A stretch of 64,000 nt of DNA from Candidatus Bathyarchaeum sp. (GTDB taxonomy: Archaea; Thermoproteota; Bathyarchaeia; Bathyarchaeales; Bathyarchaeaceae), in the NCBI GenBank assembly GCA_020344315.1, contig CP070820.1, positions 109,605 through 173,604 of the forward strand. The letters run 5' to 3'. The notes under the pieces are model-generated. The model searched no databases. It was not told the origin of the DNA and saw only the letters and a list, made by a program, of their open reading frames with translations. Shown here in pieces: positions 20,712 to 30,424 of the stretch (position 1 is its first letter; each line of letters starts with the position of its first letter). The position numbers and the translations under genes were made by a program.

Positions 20712-22145
20712 TTATCCTCCTAATACACGACCTAATGCTGGATACATCTCCGCAGCCTGCTCCTGTACAAGGATTTGATAATACTGATATAAGATACCTA
20801 CTGCAAGAAGTATACCTGTACCTGTTCCGAAAACCCCGAAAAACTCCGAGACGGCAGCAATCAATCCGATTATTGCTCCTCCAAGGATTGTAACTACTGG
20901 GATGTAACGTTTGAGAATTAATTCTATAGATCTTCCTGACCTTCGAAATCCTGGAATCTGCATTCCGGAGTCGACAAGCTGTTTTGCAACGGTGCTGGGT
21001 CCTAATCCTCCTACTTCAAGCCATGTAATCGAAAAGACCACGGCAAAAGCAACCATGATGCCTACGAAGGCTAAGGCCCGCACTGGATCGGCAATGACTT
21101 GTGCTATACTTCTGGGGGCAGTTACGTAATATGCGAGACCCCCTGTAGGGTTTCCTTCGCTCCCGAAAGTGCCTAAAAGACCGACCCAGAAGTTGCCCCT
21201 GCCCCAAGGTTGGTTCGATAGAAGTGTGGCAAAGACGTAGACGTTAGCGAAAAGGGCGGAGGCGAATATTACAGGTAGGTTTGAGACGTATAGGAGTTTG
21301 ATTGGGTATTTGCCTCGGAATCCTCTGTAATTGGCGTGGGAGATTGGAAGTTCAACTCTAACGCCTTCCATGTATATTACGATGACGAAGACGACGACTG
21401 TTGTTATTAAGCCTAACATTGTTGGAAGATTCGTAAGAGCGCCGCTAGAATCAAATCTGAAAAAGGCGTTTACCCAAGACTCTCCTCCAAGAATTGTCTG
21501 GCCGAGGGCAATGAAAGCTCCAAACTGTTTTCCATCCCCCCCAGGATATGGGCCAAAGCTGGACCACATAATGTTTTGCGCTACGCCAGCTAGGATGAAG
21601 AGGCTTATTCCGCTTCCCATTCCCCAACCTTTCTGAATCATTTCGTCCAAGAGCATCAGTACTATACCAGCGAGTAGAAGTTGAATAAAGATCATGATAG
21701 CTGAAGTTAAAGGTAGAATAAATTCTTGAGTATTATATACTCCGCCTATGAGGTAGGCAGCAGCTTGGACTCCAGTTAGACCTATGGAAAAGACCTTGTT
21801 GGCTGCTGTGAAGAGGGCTCGATCCTCTGAATTGCCCAAATCAGCACGTATAATGCTGGAGCCTATAAGCAACTGCAGAATGAGACCACCCGTTACTATG
21901 GGACCTATTCCAAGCTCCGTGAGACTTCCTCTGTTAGAAGCGAAGATGACTCTGAGGTAGCTGAATTGATCCACTCCCTCCGTTCCCAAACCGTAAAGAG
22001 GAATCTCACTCATGACCAGATACAGTATCAGTGCTAGGGCTGTCCAGAAGAGCTTCTCGTTGAAGCTCACTTTTCGAGTTGGTGCGCTTACTTCGGGTAG
22101 GAACCTTGAAAGAGGCCCGAACAATGAAAGGAATCTGCCAGCCAT
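20712..22145 (-). CDS. secY: Preprotein translocase subunit SecY/Sec61-alpha
   Basis: LTELGIGPIVT, GSGISLFI, YPIKLLYVSNLP, IPGFR. Confidence 0.98.
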   Translation of the reverse strand: MAGRFLSLFGPLSRFLPEVSAPTRKVSFNEKLFWTALALILYLVMSEIPLYGLGTEGVDQFSYLRVIFASNRGSLTELGIGPIVTGGLILQLLIGSSIIRADLGNSEDRALFTAANKVFSIGLTGVQAAAYLIGGVYNTQEFILPLTSAIMIFIQLLLAGIVLMLLDEMIQKGWGMGSGISLFILAGVAQNIMWSSFGPYPGGDGKQFGAFIALGQTILGGESWVNAFFRFDSSGALTNLPTMLGLITTVVVFVIVIYMEGVRVELPISHANYRGFRGKYPIKLLYVSNLPVIFASALFANVYVFATLLSNQPWGRGNFWVGLLGTFGSEGNPTGGLAYYVTAPRSIAQVIADPVRALAFVGIMVAFAVVFSITWLEVGGLGPSTVAKQLVDSGMQIPGFRRSGRSIELILKRYIPVVTILGGAIIGLIAAVSEFFGVFGTGTGILLAVGILYQYYQILVQEQAAEMYPALGRVLGG

Positions 22146-22275
22146 GATCTCATTCGCCTTTCGTCAATATTTTGTTACGGCATGTTGCTTAGCCAATTTG
22201 CGTATGTGAAACATGAATATAAACACTTTGACTTCTTGCTATTTTCATCAGCTAAGCTCAGAGAAAAATCAGCGT

Positions 22276-22719
22276 TTACTCTTTTTCTTTGAGGATTTGT
22301 CCTCCTGCCTCTTCCAATTTCCTAGAGGCAGCTTCTGAATAGGATGCAACCTTAACAAGCATAGGCTTGCTTATTTCTCCTGTTCCCAAGAGCTTGTCGT
22401 AACCAAGGCTTTCCAAGTCCAAAAAGATTTTCTTTTCTCTTTTTTCCAGATTTTTCTCGGATTCCAGTTTGTCAGCTAGGTCATCCAATTTTCCCACATT
22501 GATAACATTAACCTTTCTGCCTAGGGCTTTGGTGGACACGAAGCCTTTCTTTTCCCAATATGTGGGGTCATGTTTTAGCACGTACGTCCATTTGTGTTTG
22601 TCGTATCCTGCTTTTCCATGCCCTCCCCGTCCTCCTCCACTTCTATGTTGTCCTACTTGACCCCATCCGTGGGTTCTGGAACCCCGCTTCTTCCTGACTT
22701 TTCTGTCTTTAGTTGGCAA
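22276..22719 (-). CDS. rpl15: 50S ribosomal protein L15 (uL15)
   Basis: RGSRTHGWG, GGRGGHGKAG, KLLGTG. Confidence 0.95.
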   Translation of the reverse strand: MPTKDRKVRKKRGSRTHGWGQVGQHRSGGGRGGHGKAGYDKHKWTYVLKHDPTYWEKKGFVSTKALGRKVNVINVGKLDDLADKLESEKNLEKREKKIFLDLESLGYDKLLGTGEISKPMLVKVASYSEAASRKLEEAGGQILKEKE

Positions 22720-22729
22720 ACGTCAAACC

Positions 22730-23263
22730 TCACTTTTTCACAGATATTTTATCCTCTTTAGCTGAATGTTCAATTTTTTTCAGCTTTACTTCCAATACTC
22801 CGTTCTTGTACGACGCATGCGCCGACTTTGGATCCACTTTAGCTGGAAGTCTCAATTCCTTATGGCATTCCAAGTTATGGGTATCAACCGAAATCGTTAA
22901 GCGATTCTCAGTTGTGCGAAGGTCAATGGCATCTCTCTTAACTCCCGGGAGGCTCGCTAAAACAACTAAGGTCTCAGCATCCTCGATTAAATCGATTAGA
23001 GGCTCCGGCTCCTCGCTGATCTCGGTTTTCTTCTGTCGGGGTTTACGGGTATTTAACTCTTGAATCCTCGGTTTTCCGTCAGGACCAATTTTAATGGAGA
23101 AACCTCGGACGCGAGTGCGGTGGACTGGGGTCTTCTCTGAGGAGGTTTCAAATGCTTTCTGCATAGTTTCATCTATCAGGTCCCCGAGCCTTTCAAGTTC
23201 TTCATAGATATCATTGAACCAAGGACCTTTCTTCTTTCTTCTTCTCCACCACGGTTCGCTCAA
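22730..23263 (-). CDS. hsp20: Small heat-shock protein Hsp20 (archaeal type)
   Basis: GFSIKIGPDGKPRI, EPLIDL, LPGV, ASYKNGVLEVKLKK (alpha-crystallin domain). Confidence 0.92.
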   Translation of the reverse strand: MSEPWWRRRKKKGPWFNDIYEELERLGDLIDETMQKAFETSSEKTPVHRTRVRGFSIKIGPDGKPRIQELNTRKPRQKKTEISEEPEPLIDLIEDAETLVVLASLPGVKRDAIDLRTTENRLTISVDTHNLECHKELRLPAKVDPKSAHASYKNGVLEVKLKKIEHSAKEDKISVKK

Positions 23264-23299
23264 GGCAACTCCTTCCTCAACTGAGATTGTGCTGACATG

Positions 23300-23315
23300 A
23301 TAAGTATAAAGATTA
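23300..23315 (-). promoter_or_regulatory. Putative TATA box for hsp20
   Basis: Minus strand CTTTATACTTA about 45 nt upstream of the TTG start. Confidence 0.5.
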
Positions 23316-23328
23316 TCGCTGACTTCGG

Positions 23329-23808
23329 CTACACCATTCGTTTCAGGAGATCATTAATTGCGTCTCCCCTATACCCAAGCTCTCCACCAGCGGCATAACT
23401 TCGTTTTACCTTTCCTTTGAAGCCCTTTTTCGGTGGACGAAGACGAAACACAGGTTTCACTTTGGAAAGACTACTGCACTCAACCTCCACCTTAAACATG
23501 GCTTCAGCTAAGTCGTCCAACGATTTGTAGCCCAACTCTTTAGCGTACTCATCCGTCAATTTTTTGTCACCGGTGAGTTTTCCCCTCTTCTTCAAAAGGA
23601 GCGCTATATTTTCTTGGGAGACCTCACCCCAAGTCAGGTAATCCTTACTTTTTCGCAACATGCCTTTGTATGCAGGGCGGTCGTCAATCAATGTGGCGTG
23701 GCAGTTTCGGGTTAGCCGAAGCATATTTAATGTGTCTTTGATTTCCTGAGAAATGTCACTCATACCGCGAATCCGAATCGCCACCAAACACTTCCTTTTT
23801 TCCTCCAC
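23329..23808 (-). CDS. rpl30: 50S ribosomal protein L30 (uL30)
   Basis: AIRIRG, TLNMLRL, YLTWGE, FRLRPPKKG. Confidence 0.97.
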   Translation of the reverse strand: MEEKRKCLVAIRIRGMSDISQEIKDTLNMLRLTRNCHATLIDDRPAYKGMLRKSKDYLTWGEVSQENIALLLKKRGKLTGDKKLTDEYAKELGYKSLDDLAEAMFKVEVECSSLSKVKPVFRLRPPKKGFKGKVKRSYAAGGELGYRGDAINDLLKRMV

Positions 23809-23809
23809 T

Positions 23810-24442
23810 TTAACTCACCCAGTCCTTCGGTGTGACCAACTGGTAGGTTTTCTTAAGAGCATCAAAGACGGCACAGGCGAAAGAGGGAACAGTTCTCGTG
23901 GAGCCATAGCTTCTCGTCCAGCAATCTTTTACACCAGCCAATCCTAGGATGATCTTGGCTGCCTCGCTTGCAACAAGACCTAGACCTCTAGGTCCCGGAA
24001 TCAGAACAATTTCAACTCCTCCGCAGCTGCCTCGAACTTGGAAGGGCAGAGAGTGGGGTTTTCCGCATCCGCATTCCCAGCATCCGCAGCCTCGACGGAC
24101 AGGAGTGATATTGAGGCGTGCGTCCACAGCAGCTTTCTCTATGGCGGAGCGCACTTGCCTTGCCTTTCCTGAACCCAAACCTACGTAGCCGTCGCGGTTT
24201 CCCACAACTACGATAGCCCTGAACTGAGATTTCTCTCCAGCGTCCGTTTGCTTCTGCACTAAACCTATGTTTATAACCTCTTCTTGGAGGCCTGGAAGAA
24301 GGACATCCACTATCTCGGGCTCCCTTATCCTTAAGCCTTCCATAAACAACTCTTCTATGGAGGAGATTTGCCCCTCAAGAATCATTCTTCCCAGCTTTGT
24401 ACGAGGCATCCAACTTTCAAGCTTGTCTTTGCTGTCCCTCAT
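23810..24442 (-). CDS. rps5: 30S ribosomal protein S5
   Basis: [25 protein letters not shown]. Confidence 0.97.
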   Translation of the reverse strand: MRDSKDKLESWMPRTKLGRMILEGQISSIEELFMEGLRIREPEIVDVLLPGLQEEVINIGLVQKQTDAGEKSQFRAIVVVGNRDGYVGLGSGKARQVRSAIEKAAVDARLNITPVRRGCGCWECGCGKPHSLPFQVRGSCGGVEIVLIPGPRGLGLVASEAAKIILGLAGVKDCWTRSYGSTRTVPSFACAVFDALKKTYQLVTPKDWVS

Positions 24443-25062
24443 GTTTCTTCCTTCTCTTGCTTAACCTTTTTCTTAAATGAAGACATAATTTTGCCTTTTA
24501 TTGCAGAAAAGTGTTCAGATAGCTCTTCTGGTCGTAATTTCCTTGAAAGATACTTGGAAAACTTCTGCTGATAGACCTCGGCGTCTGGAGACAACTGAAT
24601 CCCGTATTCTGCGATGTGTTTTCCGCTTATTCTACTTTCATCAGGAAGTATATCTTCACTATGGGGAACTTCGACACCAGCATCGAGAACCCCCTTTAGG
24701 GCAGCAAAAATTCGCGATCCCTTGGAAGGAATATGCAGACCAATGTCCAAGAAAACTTTTTCCACCCCCTTGGCCATTGCCTTGAAACCGCACAGAATGC
24801 CAGTAAGATAAGCGGCTGGAACATTCCCACCGCTGCTCAGCCAACCGTAAGTCTTCGCCAATTCACGGGAGTGGGCTGAAACAAGAACCTTGTCCCCTAC
24901 GGCTTCTGCTTCGACTATTTGCAGGGTTGTGTGATTTAGAGTGAGTCGAACTACTAGGCGAGGCGACTTTGACAGAACAAGAGCCCTACGGGATCGATAA
25001 TTTGTTTTTCCTTCTCTCCGTCTGCGGAAAGGAACTCGGTAGCTTGGGCCAGTTGCCATCAT
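24439..25062 (-). CDS. rpl18: 50S ribosomal protein L18
   Basis: [21 protein letters not shown]; start refined to the ATGA overlap with L19e. Confidence 0.97.
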   Translation of the reverse strand: MMATGPSYRVPFRRRREGKTNYRSRRALVLSKSPRLVVRLTLNHTTLQIVEAEAVGDKVLVSAHSRELAKTYGWLSSGGNVPAAYLTGILCGFKAMAKGVEKVFLDIGLHIPSKGSRIFAALKGVLDAGVEVPHSEDILPDESRISGKHIAEYGIQLSPDAEVYQQKFSKYLSRKLRPEELSEHFSAIKGKIMSSFKKKVKQEKEET

Positions 25063-25511
25063 CGTCTCCTCCATAAGCCATGGGTTTTAATGTAGCGTTC
25101 TAGATCAGCCTTCGACTCGAAGACACCGCTTTCCGACATGTCATACAGTTTACGGTAAACACTTTCTGTGATAGCGCGGCTGTCTTTTAATTCGCGCATT
25201 CTCTTTCTTAAGGGTCTGATCCTGTTCATCCAAGCCTGCTTCTTAGAGATTTTTGCCCGAGCTGAACCGCTCTTTCCTCCAGGTCCTCTTCTCAATCCTT
25301 TCTTCCTCTTTTCCTTCAAAACTCGGGCTCGAGCACGACTGACTCCTTTCTCAGGAAGAGATTTGACTACGCCTTCGTGAATCAACTTTCTGATCTCTTC
25401 TCGGGTAATGGCTGCTTCAACGTAATCTATTCTTTCCGGGTCGATCCAAACTCGGCCTTCACCGACCTTCATGATCTCGGCAGCTAATCGGCGCTGGCTT
25501 TTCAGACTCAA
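25059..25511 (-). CDS. rpl19e: 50S ribosomal protein L19e
   Basis: [20 protein letters not shown]. Confidence 0.97.
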   Translation of the reverse strand: MSLKSQRRLAAEIMKVGEGRVWIDPERIDYVEAAITREEIRKLIHEGVVKSLPEKGVSRARARVLKEKRKKGLRRGPGGKSGSARAKISKKQAWMNRIRPLRKRMRELKDSRAITESVYRKLYDMSESGVFESKADLERYIKTHGLWRRR

Positions 25512-25990
25512 CTTTCCGTCTCTCCATCTGACAGGTTCTCTGTCTCTTCAGTCTCCTCTTCCTCTCCTTCCTTGAACTCCTCAGGCTCCCCGAACGTTCT
25601 TGGATTTAAAACATGGATTCCTCTTTCCTCAGCTAAGGCTAAAATCTCAACTCTTTTTCTACCCCCGACCGTACGAGCTATTCTTATAGCCTGGAATTCA
25701 GGGTCTACTCCATCCAGATCCTCCACGGCTTGAACCCGAGTCTCTACGAATCCTGACGGATGGAGCCCTCTTGTTTTCTTGGGGCTTCGGTAACCCGTGG
25801 TGGGAGAGGGGGGCCATCCCTTAATCTTTTTCCGCATTTTGCTGTCTATTCCATGCGGTTTTCTCCAGACATCCGGAACTCGTTTGTATCGCCAGCTTTC
25901 TTGGCGCTTGAATTTGGGTTTCTTGTGCCTACTGTGATCTTTTTTGGAGAACTGTTCTTCTGCGCTTGTCTCCGGTTCTTTCTTTGTCAT
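25508..25990 (-). CDS. rpl32e: 50S ribosomal protein L32e with acidic C-terminal tail
   Basis: KPKFKRQES, WRKPHGIDSKMR, RGLHPSG. Confidence 0.97.
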   Translation of the reverse strand: MTKKEPETSAEEQFSKKDHSRHKKPKFKRQESWRYKRVPDVWRKPHGIDSKMRKKIKGWPPSPTTGYRSPKKTRGLHPSGFVETRVQAVEDLDGVDPEFQAIRIARTVGGRKRVEILALAEERGIHVLNPRTFGEPEEFKEGEEEETEETENLSDGETES

Positions 25991-26535
25991 TCTTGGATTC
26001 CCTCATGCTTCTCGTAAACGTAGATGCCGTCTAGGAACACTCGCGGATCTTTTCTTCTAATTCTGGTTGCGTTTTGGATATTTGCAGCAGTTTGGCTGAC
26101 ATCTTCAAGGTTGATTCCCTGAACGATAACATCGTCTCCCTTGACTATCACCTTGGTGTCTCCCATTATCTTGGCTGTGCGTGGATTTCGTTCTCCAGTG
26201 AAGTTCTCGATGGTCAATGTTTTTTCCTTGATTTTGACGGTTATTGGGAAGTGGGAGAAAACGATTTTCAATTTATATGTGAATCCATTCGTTACTCCCT
26301 TTATCATATTCTGAATGTGCGAACAGACAGTTCCCACAAGGGCAGCTTCCTTTTTGCGGGGCCAGCTCGCCTGAACTGTTACTGTCTTCCCTTCAAGTTG
26401 AATCTTTATGGGCGCATGAGAAAAGTCTCTGGTCAACTCTCCTTTTTCACCCTTTATCGTGATGATTCTATCATCAAGCATACCCTCTACACCCTCAGGG
26501 ATTTCAACAGTTGTCAAGGTTTCAATTGCACGCAT
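25987..26535 (-). CDS. rpl6: 50S ribosomal protein L6
   Basis: HIQNMIKGVT, SHFP, KDPRVFLDGIY. Confidence 0.97.
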   Translation of the reverse strand: MRAIETLTTVEIPEGVEGMLDDRIITIKGEKGELTRDFSHAPIKIQLEGKTVTVQASWPRKKEAALVGTVCSHIQNMIKGVTNGFTYKLKIVFSHFPITVKIKEKTLTIENFTGERNPRTAKIMGDTKVIVKGDDVIVQGINLEDVSQTAANIQNATRIRRKDPRVFLDGIYVYEKHEGIQE

Positions 26536-26547
26536 CTTCCTTTTCTC

Positions 26548-26940
26548 CTAATAGACAAAGGCCAAAAGACGCCCACCGATCTTCTTCTCTTTAACCTCTC
26601 GATGGGACATGACTCCTTGGGACGTAGAAAAGACAAGGACCCCAATGTCTCTGGATGGGAGAAACTGTTTTTCCCAGTTTTCTATTTCTTTAGAACTGAC
26701 AGGGATTCGGGGCTTTATGGCGCCACATTTGTTGACTCGACCGAGGAGCTGTACTCTGAATTTTCCGGAGCGGCCATCATCAATGAATTCGAATTCTCCG
26801 ATGTAACCGTTCAGCTGCATGACTCTCAAGACACGCCCTAAAAGTTTGGAAGCTTTGTTGATTACGCATTCGCGTTTTCGCCGCATCTCATTGTTAATGA
26901 TTGTTGTCAAGCCGTTTGCGAGCGTGTCCATCATAGGCAA
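26548..26940 (-). CDS. rps8: 30S ribosomal protein S8
   Basis: [28 protein letters not shown]; start refined to TTG 26940 (130 aa) after SD AAGGAG. Confidence 0.97.
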   Translation of the reverse strand: MPMMDTLANGLTTIINNEMRRKRECVINKASKLLGRVLRVMQLNGYIGEFEFIDDGRSGKFRVQLLGRVNKCGAIKPRIPVSSKEIENWEKQFLPSRDIGVLVFSTSQGVMSHREVKEKKIGGRLLAFVY

Positions 26941-26956
26941 ATCTGTAACATCTCCT

Positions 26957-27121
26957 TTACTCATACTTCCTGAAGCCAAGATCTTCAGCAATCTCTCTAA
27001 AGCATTGACGGCACAAGTCTAATCCGTACCTTCGGATAAGGGAACCGTAGGAGCCGCATCGCCTGCAGGGTCGACTGCCCTTACCGAACTTTCGCTCTGA
27101 CTTAGATTGCTGTTTCACCAT
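26957..27121 (-). CDS. rps14: 30S ribosomal protein S14 (Zn-binding)
   Basis: Missing from the ORF track; hand translation [54 protein letters not shown]. Confidence 0.97.
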   Translation of the reverse strand: MVKQQSKSERKFGKGSRPCRRCGSYGSLIRRYGLDLCRQCFREIAEDLGFRKYE

Positions 27122-27134
27122 GGATTCACCATTT

Positions 27135-27938
27135 TCATATTATTTCAACATCAAACTCGTCTTTAATAAAGAGTATCGCTTCGTCGGTGGTCAGCAGATG
27201 GGCTTTCCCGATTTTAGACTTGGTGCGATGTCTACGTTTAACGCGATATCCCGGTCTGCCGAGGGCAACTGAGACATCCATGCCGTGAATGCCGAGTTCA
27301 GGCACGTATTTGGTGCCGGGAATATCTATGTGTTCCTTGATTCCAAAGGAAAAGTTGCCTTGGCGATCGAAACTATACTTCGAAAGCTTATTGTCGACGG
27401 CTTGGAAAGCCTTTCTGAGGAATTCCTCTGCTTTTTCATTTCGAAGAGTCACAAGGCATGCCATGGATTCTCCTTTTCTGATGCCGAAGTCACGTATTGT
27501 TTTTTTGGCTTTTCTCTTGGAGGGCTGTTGATTCGTCAGTTGCTGGAGAACCGTCACCGCCTGTTCCAAGGGTTGTCCGGACTTTCCAACAGACATGTTG
27601 ACAGTCACCTTTTCTATTTTAGGCTTAAGCATGGGGTTTTTAGCCAATTCTCCGCGTGATGGTTTAGCTACTTTAGGCTCCACTTTCTCCTCGGCTACCG
27701 GCTTTCTCTCTACAGGTGGAACCTTTGGTTTGACTAATTTCTTTTTGGGCATCTTTTTTTTAGCAGGAGTAACCTTGGGTTCAGGTGCCTTCTCTTCTGG
27801 TACCACTTTTTCTTCAACAGCAGAAACCGCAGGTTTAGCCGCTTTCTGTTCTTTAGCTGAAGGAGACTTTGCTTTGGCAACTTTCTTTTTTGTTACCACC
27901 TTTTTCTCCACAGCAGTAGCTGCTTTTTCTTCTGCCAA
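27135..27938 (-). CDS. rpl5: 50S ribosomal protein L5 with ~95-aa K/A/P/E-rich N-terminal extension
   Basis: [32 protein letters not shown]. Confidence 0.96.
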   Translation of the reverse strand: MAEEKAATAVEKKVVTKKKVAKAKSPSAKEQKAAKPAVSAVEEKVVPEEKAPEPKVTPAKKKMPKKKLVKPKVPPVERKPVAEEKVEPKVAKPSRGELAKNPMLKPKIEKVTVNMSVGKSGQPLEQAVTVLQQLTNQQPSKRKAKKTIRDFGIRKGESMACLVTLRNEKAEEFLRKAFQAVDNKLSKYSFDRQGNFSFGIKEHIDIPGTKYVPELGIHGMDVSVALGRPGYRVKRRHRTKSKIGKAHLLTTDEAILFIKDEFDVEII

Positions 27939-27939
27939 T

Positions 27940-28677
27940 TCAATCCGCCTCCGGTAGGGATATGGAAGGTCTGGTGTCGCCTAGGATAAAAACGAAATCG
28001 AGGATTGTCTGGAACTGGTCCCCGTTTTTGTCTTCGATGGTGACGAGTAGGTCTCTTCGTTTTTGGTTTGGTTTTTTTTCGATAGTGGTGACCTTGCCAT
28101 ATTTGCCTATGTTTTTTCCTCCAGTGACTATTCCGGGAGCGCCTATAGTTAGTTTCGTGTGCCCAAGAAGTTCTCGATCAGGGACACTGAGCTTCAGGAC
28201 GTCAAGAGTTTGATAGACATCTTCTTCTGGAAGGAGGTAGCTTGTTCCATCGTGAAGATTAAGATGCACATGCCCACCCTTTACAACTGTTTTATCTTCT
28301 ACTCGACAGAGTTTGAAAGCAGCTTCATCGGATTTGATTGGATGAAGAAAGAGACCCTTCTTTGAAGGTAGGACTCGATAAGATTTTTTAGTGTCAAGTA
28401 TCGAGATGACATCCATCAAACCGACAAGAAAACGTTCTTCCCGTCTGACTTTTCCGTCAACCAATATCTTTTCTTGAGAAATTATGTTCTTAGCTTCCTT
28501 ACCTGTTTTAGCGAATTTGAGTATATCTCGGACGATAAGCTCAAGCGGTAAGGAACGTAAAAGGGGATGAGGACCAGGTTTGGGCTTAACGGTCCAAACA
28601 GCCTCCTTTCGGTGAATAGGCCACATCTTCGGCGCAGGTTTCCTCTTAAAATGTCTGCGTTCGCCTTTTCTTCCCAA
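27940..28677 (-). CDS. rps4e: 30S ribosomal protein S4e
   Basis: PKPGPH, VDGKVR, VGLMDVI, LNLHDG. Confidence 0.97.
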   Translation of the reverse strand: MGRKGERRHFKRKPAPKMWPIHRKEAVWTVKPKPGPHPLLRSLPLELIVRDILKFAKTGKEAKNIISQEKILVDGKVRREERFLVGLMDVISILDTKKSYRVLPSKKGLFLHPIKSDEAAFKLCRVEDKTVVKGGHVHLNLHDGTSYLLPEEDVYQTLDVLKLSVPDRELLGHTKLTIGAPGIVTGGKNIGKYGKVTTIEKKPNQKRRDLLVTIEDKNGDQFQTILDFVFILGDTRPSISLPEAD

Positions 28678-28678
28678 C

Positions 28679-29155
28679 TCATGTTCCCTCAGATTTTTTG
28701 GTTTTTTTACTTGGCTTTCTCTTCTTTTTCGCCTTTTTCTTTGGAGGCTCCTCTTTTTCTTCAGGGATCTCTTCTTCGATGACTTCAGCTTTTTCAGTTA
28801 GCCCCTTTCTCTTCAGAATCTTTTTGCGCCATTTGTCATCAAGATTTAGGCGGGTTATCATAACCTTTGAGGGATGAATAGGAATAAGAACCTTGGTTCC
28901 GTCCACCTTTTCCCGGTCCACGCCCTCAACGAATATTCTGAAATTTTTTCGGTCAATCCGAGTGACCTTTCCTTCGGAGCCCTTGCGGTCTCCCCTCATG
29001 ATCGTGACGGTGTCGCCGCTTCTCACAGGAACCGAGTTTGTGCTGTGAGACTTTTTCAGCTTAGATGAGAGGGTTGCAGAGAATCTTCTGTATCGTTCGC
29101 TCAGAGGCGCCTGATGTAGCCTCTTTCTCTGTTTCCCAGGTTTTGTTGTTTTCAT
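28679..29155 (-). CDS. rpl24: 50S ribosomal protein L24 with charged C-terminal tail
   Basis: PGKQRK, GDTVTIMRGD (KOW), PIHPSKVMIT. Confidence 0.96.
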   Translation of the reverse strand: MKTTKPGKQRKRLHQAPLSERYRRFSATLSSKLKKSHSTNSVPVRSGDTVTIMRGDRKGSEGKVTRIDRKNFRIFVEGVDREKVDGTKVLIPIHPSKVMITRLNLDDKWRKKILKRKGLTEKAEVIEEEIPEEKEEPPKKKAKKKRKPSKKTKKSEGT

Positions 29156-29166
29156 TTCTTACTCTC

Positions 29167-29607
29167 CTATACAATGATGCTGGCAGCGCTTGCGATTCTA
29201 GGCCATCTTTCCGCTGCCTCTTTCGCAATGGGTCCTCGGATTTCTGAGCCTCGCATTTCGCCCTCTGGAGTCATGATGACGACGGCGTTGTCTTCAAATT
29301 GAATCCAGATTCCTTCAGCACGGCGATATGGTTTTCTCTGTCTAACTACAACTGCATGGAAGATCTTTTTCCTCATGTCTGGAGTTCCCTTTCGAACTGA
29401 GACGGCAACTAAATCTCCAACAGCAGCCGTCGGAACTCGTCTTAAACGTCCTTTGTACCCAATAACTTGGATTATTCGCAGCTCTCGAGCACCCGAGTTG
29501 TCTGAGCACTTCACTACTGAGCCGGCTGGTAATCCTCGAGAAATCTTTGGCCTCTGACCGACGACGCCTCTTGCCATGAATGCCCGCGACTTTGCTCTTG
29601 ACGACAT
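29167..29607 (-). CDS. rpl14: 50S ribosomal protein L14
   Basis: [32 protein letters not shown]; start refined. Confidence 0.97.
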   Translation of the reverse strand: MSSRAKSRAFMARGVVGQRPKISRGLPAGSVVKCSDNSGARELRIIQVIGYKGRLRRVPTAAVGDLVAVSVRKGTPDMRKKIFHAVVVRQRKPYRRAEGIWIQFEDNAVVIMTPEGEMRGSEIRGPIAKEAAERWPRIASAASIIV

Positions 29608-29611
29608 TAGG

Positions 29612-29929
29612 TCATTCCTCCAGTTTCTCGATAACAACGAACGAGACGGTCTTGCTTATTGGGCGACACTCGGCTAATCTCACTCTGTCTCCAGCTTTGA
29701 CATTTAGGCAGGGAGGGTTGTGGGCAGGTACGTTGCTACGTCTTCGTTCATACCTTCTATATTTTGGCACGTAGTTCAGGTAGTCGCGGCGGACAATTAC
29801 GCTATTATCCATCTTGCTGCTGACGACGTCTCCTTCTAGAGCGTGTCCCCTCAGGGATAGTGTTCCGTGAAAGGGACAGTTGACGTCATCACATGTTTTC
29901 TTTGGTCTTTTGGAAGTAAAGGCTGCCAT
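29612..29929 (-). CDS. rps17: 30S ribosomal protein S17
   Basis: [25 protein letters not shown]. Confidence 0.97.
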   Translation of the reverse strand: MAAFTSKRPKKTCDDVNCPFHGTLSLRGHALEGDVVSSKMDNSVIVRRDYLNYVPKYRRYERRRSNVPAHNPPCLNVKAGDRVRLAECRPISKTVSFVVIEKLEE

Positions 29930-30211
29930 CTACCATAGCCTCCTAGGCCGTTTCTTAATTCTATCTTCAGATCGTCCCACGATAACCTTACCATCTATTT
30001 CTACAACTGTTCCGTCAGGCATAACAAAATCAAAAATGGAAGTATCCTTGATGACGACCCTTCTCTTACCATTATGCAGGATTGTAAGGGTGTTGCGGGT
30101 TTCGTCAACTACTCTGCCCGCGATTCCCACTACGTCGGGGTTCGAACTTTTAACAACCGTGGTCTCGAGGCCAATGAATTCATGCTGAACTATGCTTGCT
30201 GTTACCTTCAT
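29930..30211 (-). CDS. rnp1: RNase P protein component 1 (Rpp29/Pop4)
   Basis: HEFIGL, GRVVDETRN, GRSEDR. Confidence 0.95.
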   Translation of the reverse strand: MKVTASIVQHEFIGLETTVVKSSNPDVVGIAGRVVDETRNTLTILHNGKRRVVIKDTSIFDFVMPDGTVVEIDGKVIVGRSEDRIKKRPRRLW

Positions 30212-30423
30212 TTCTTTTCCTTTCCTCGTGTTTCTTCGGCTTCGATTGTGAGAAGGCGCGCGATGGTTTTGCGAAGTTCCCGGATTCGAGTAGGATTGTC
30301 GATGGACCCGCCTGCTTCAACCATGGTTTTCAGTCTTGCTAGTTCTGTTCGAAATTCGGTTACCTTGTCTCTTCGTTCCTCAGAAGACATGTCCCGGATG
30401 TCTTTTAACCGTAAGATTGCCAT
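30208..30423 (-). CDS. rpl29: 50S ribosomal protein L29
   Basis: MAILRLKDIR, NPTRIRELRKTIARLLT; start refined. Confidence 0.96.
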   Translation of the reverse strand: MAILRLKDIRDMSSEERRDKVTEFRTELARLKTMVEAGGSIDNPTRIRELRKTIARLLTIEAEETRGKEKK

Positions 30424-30424
30424 C

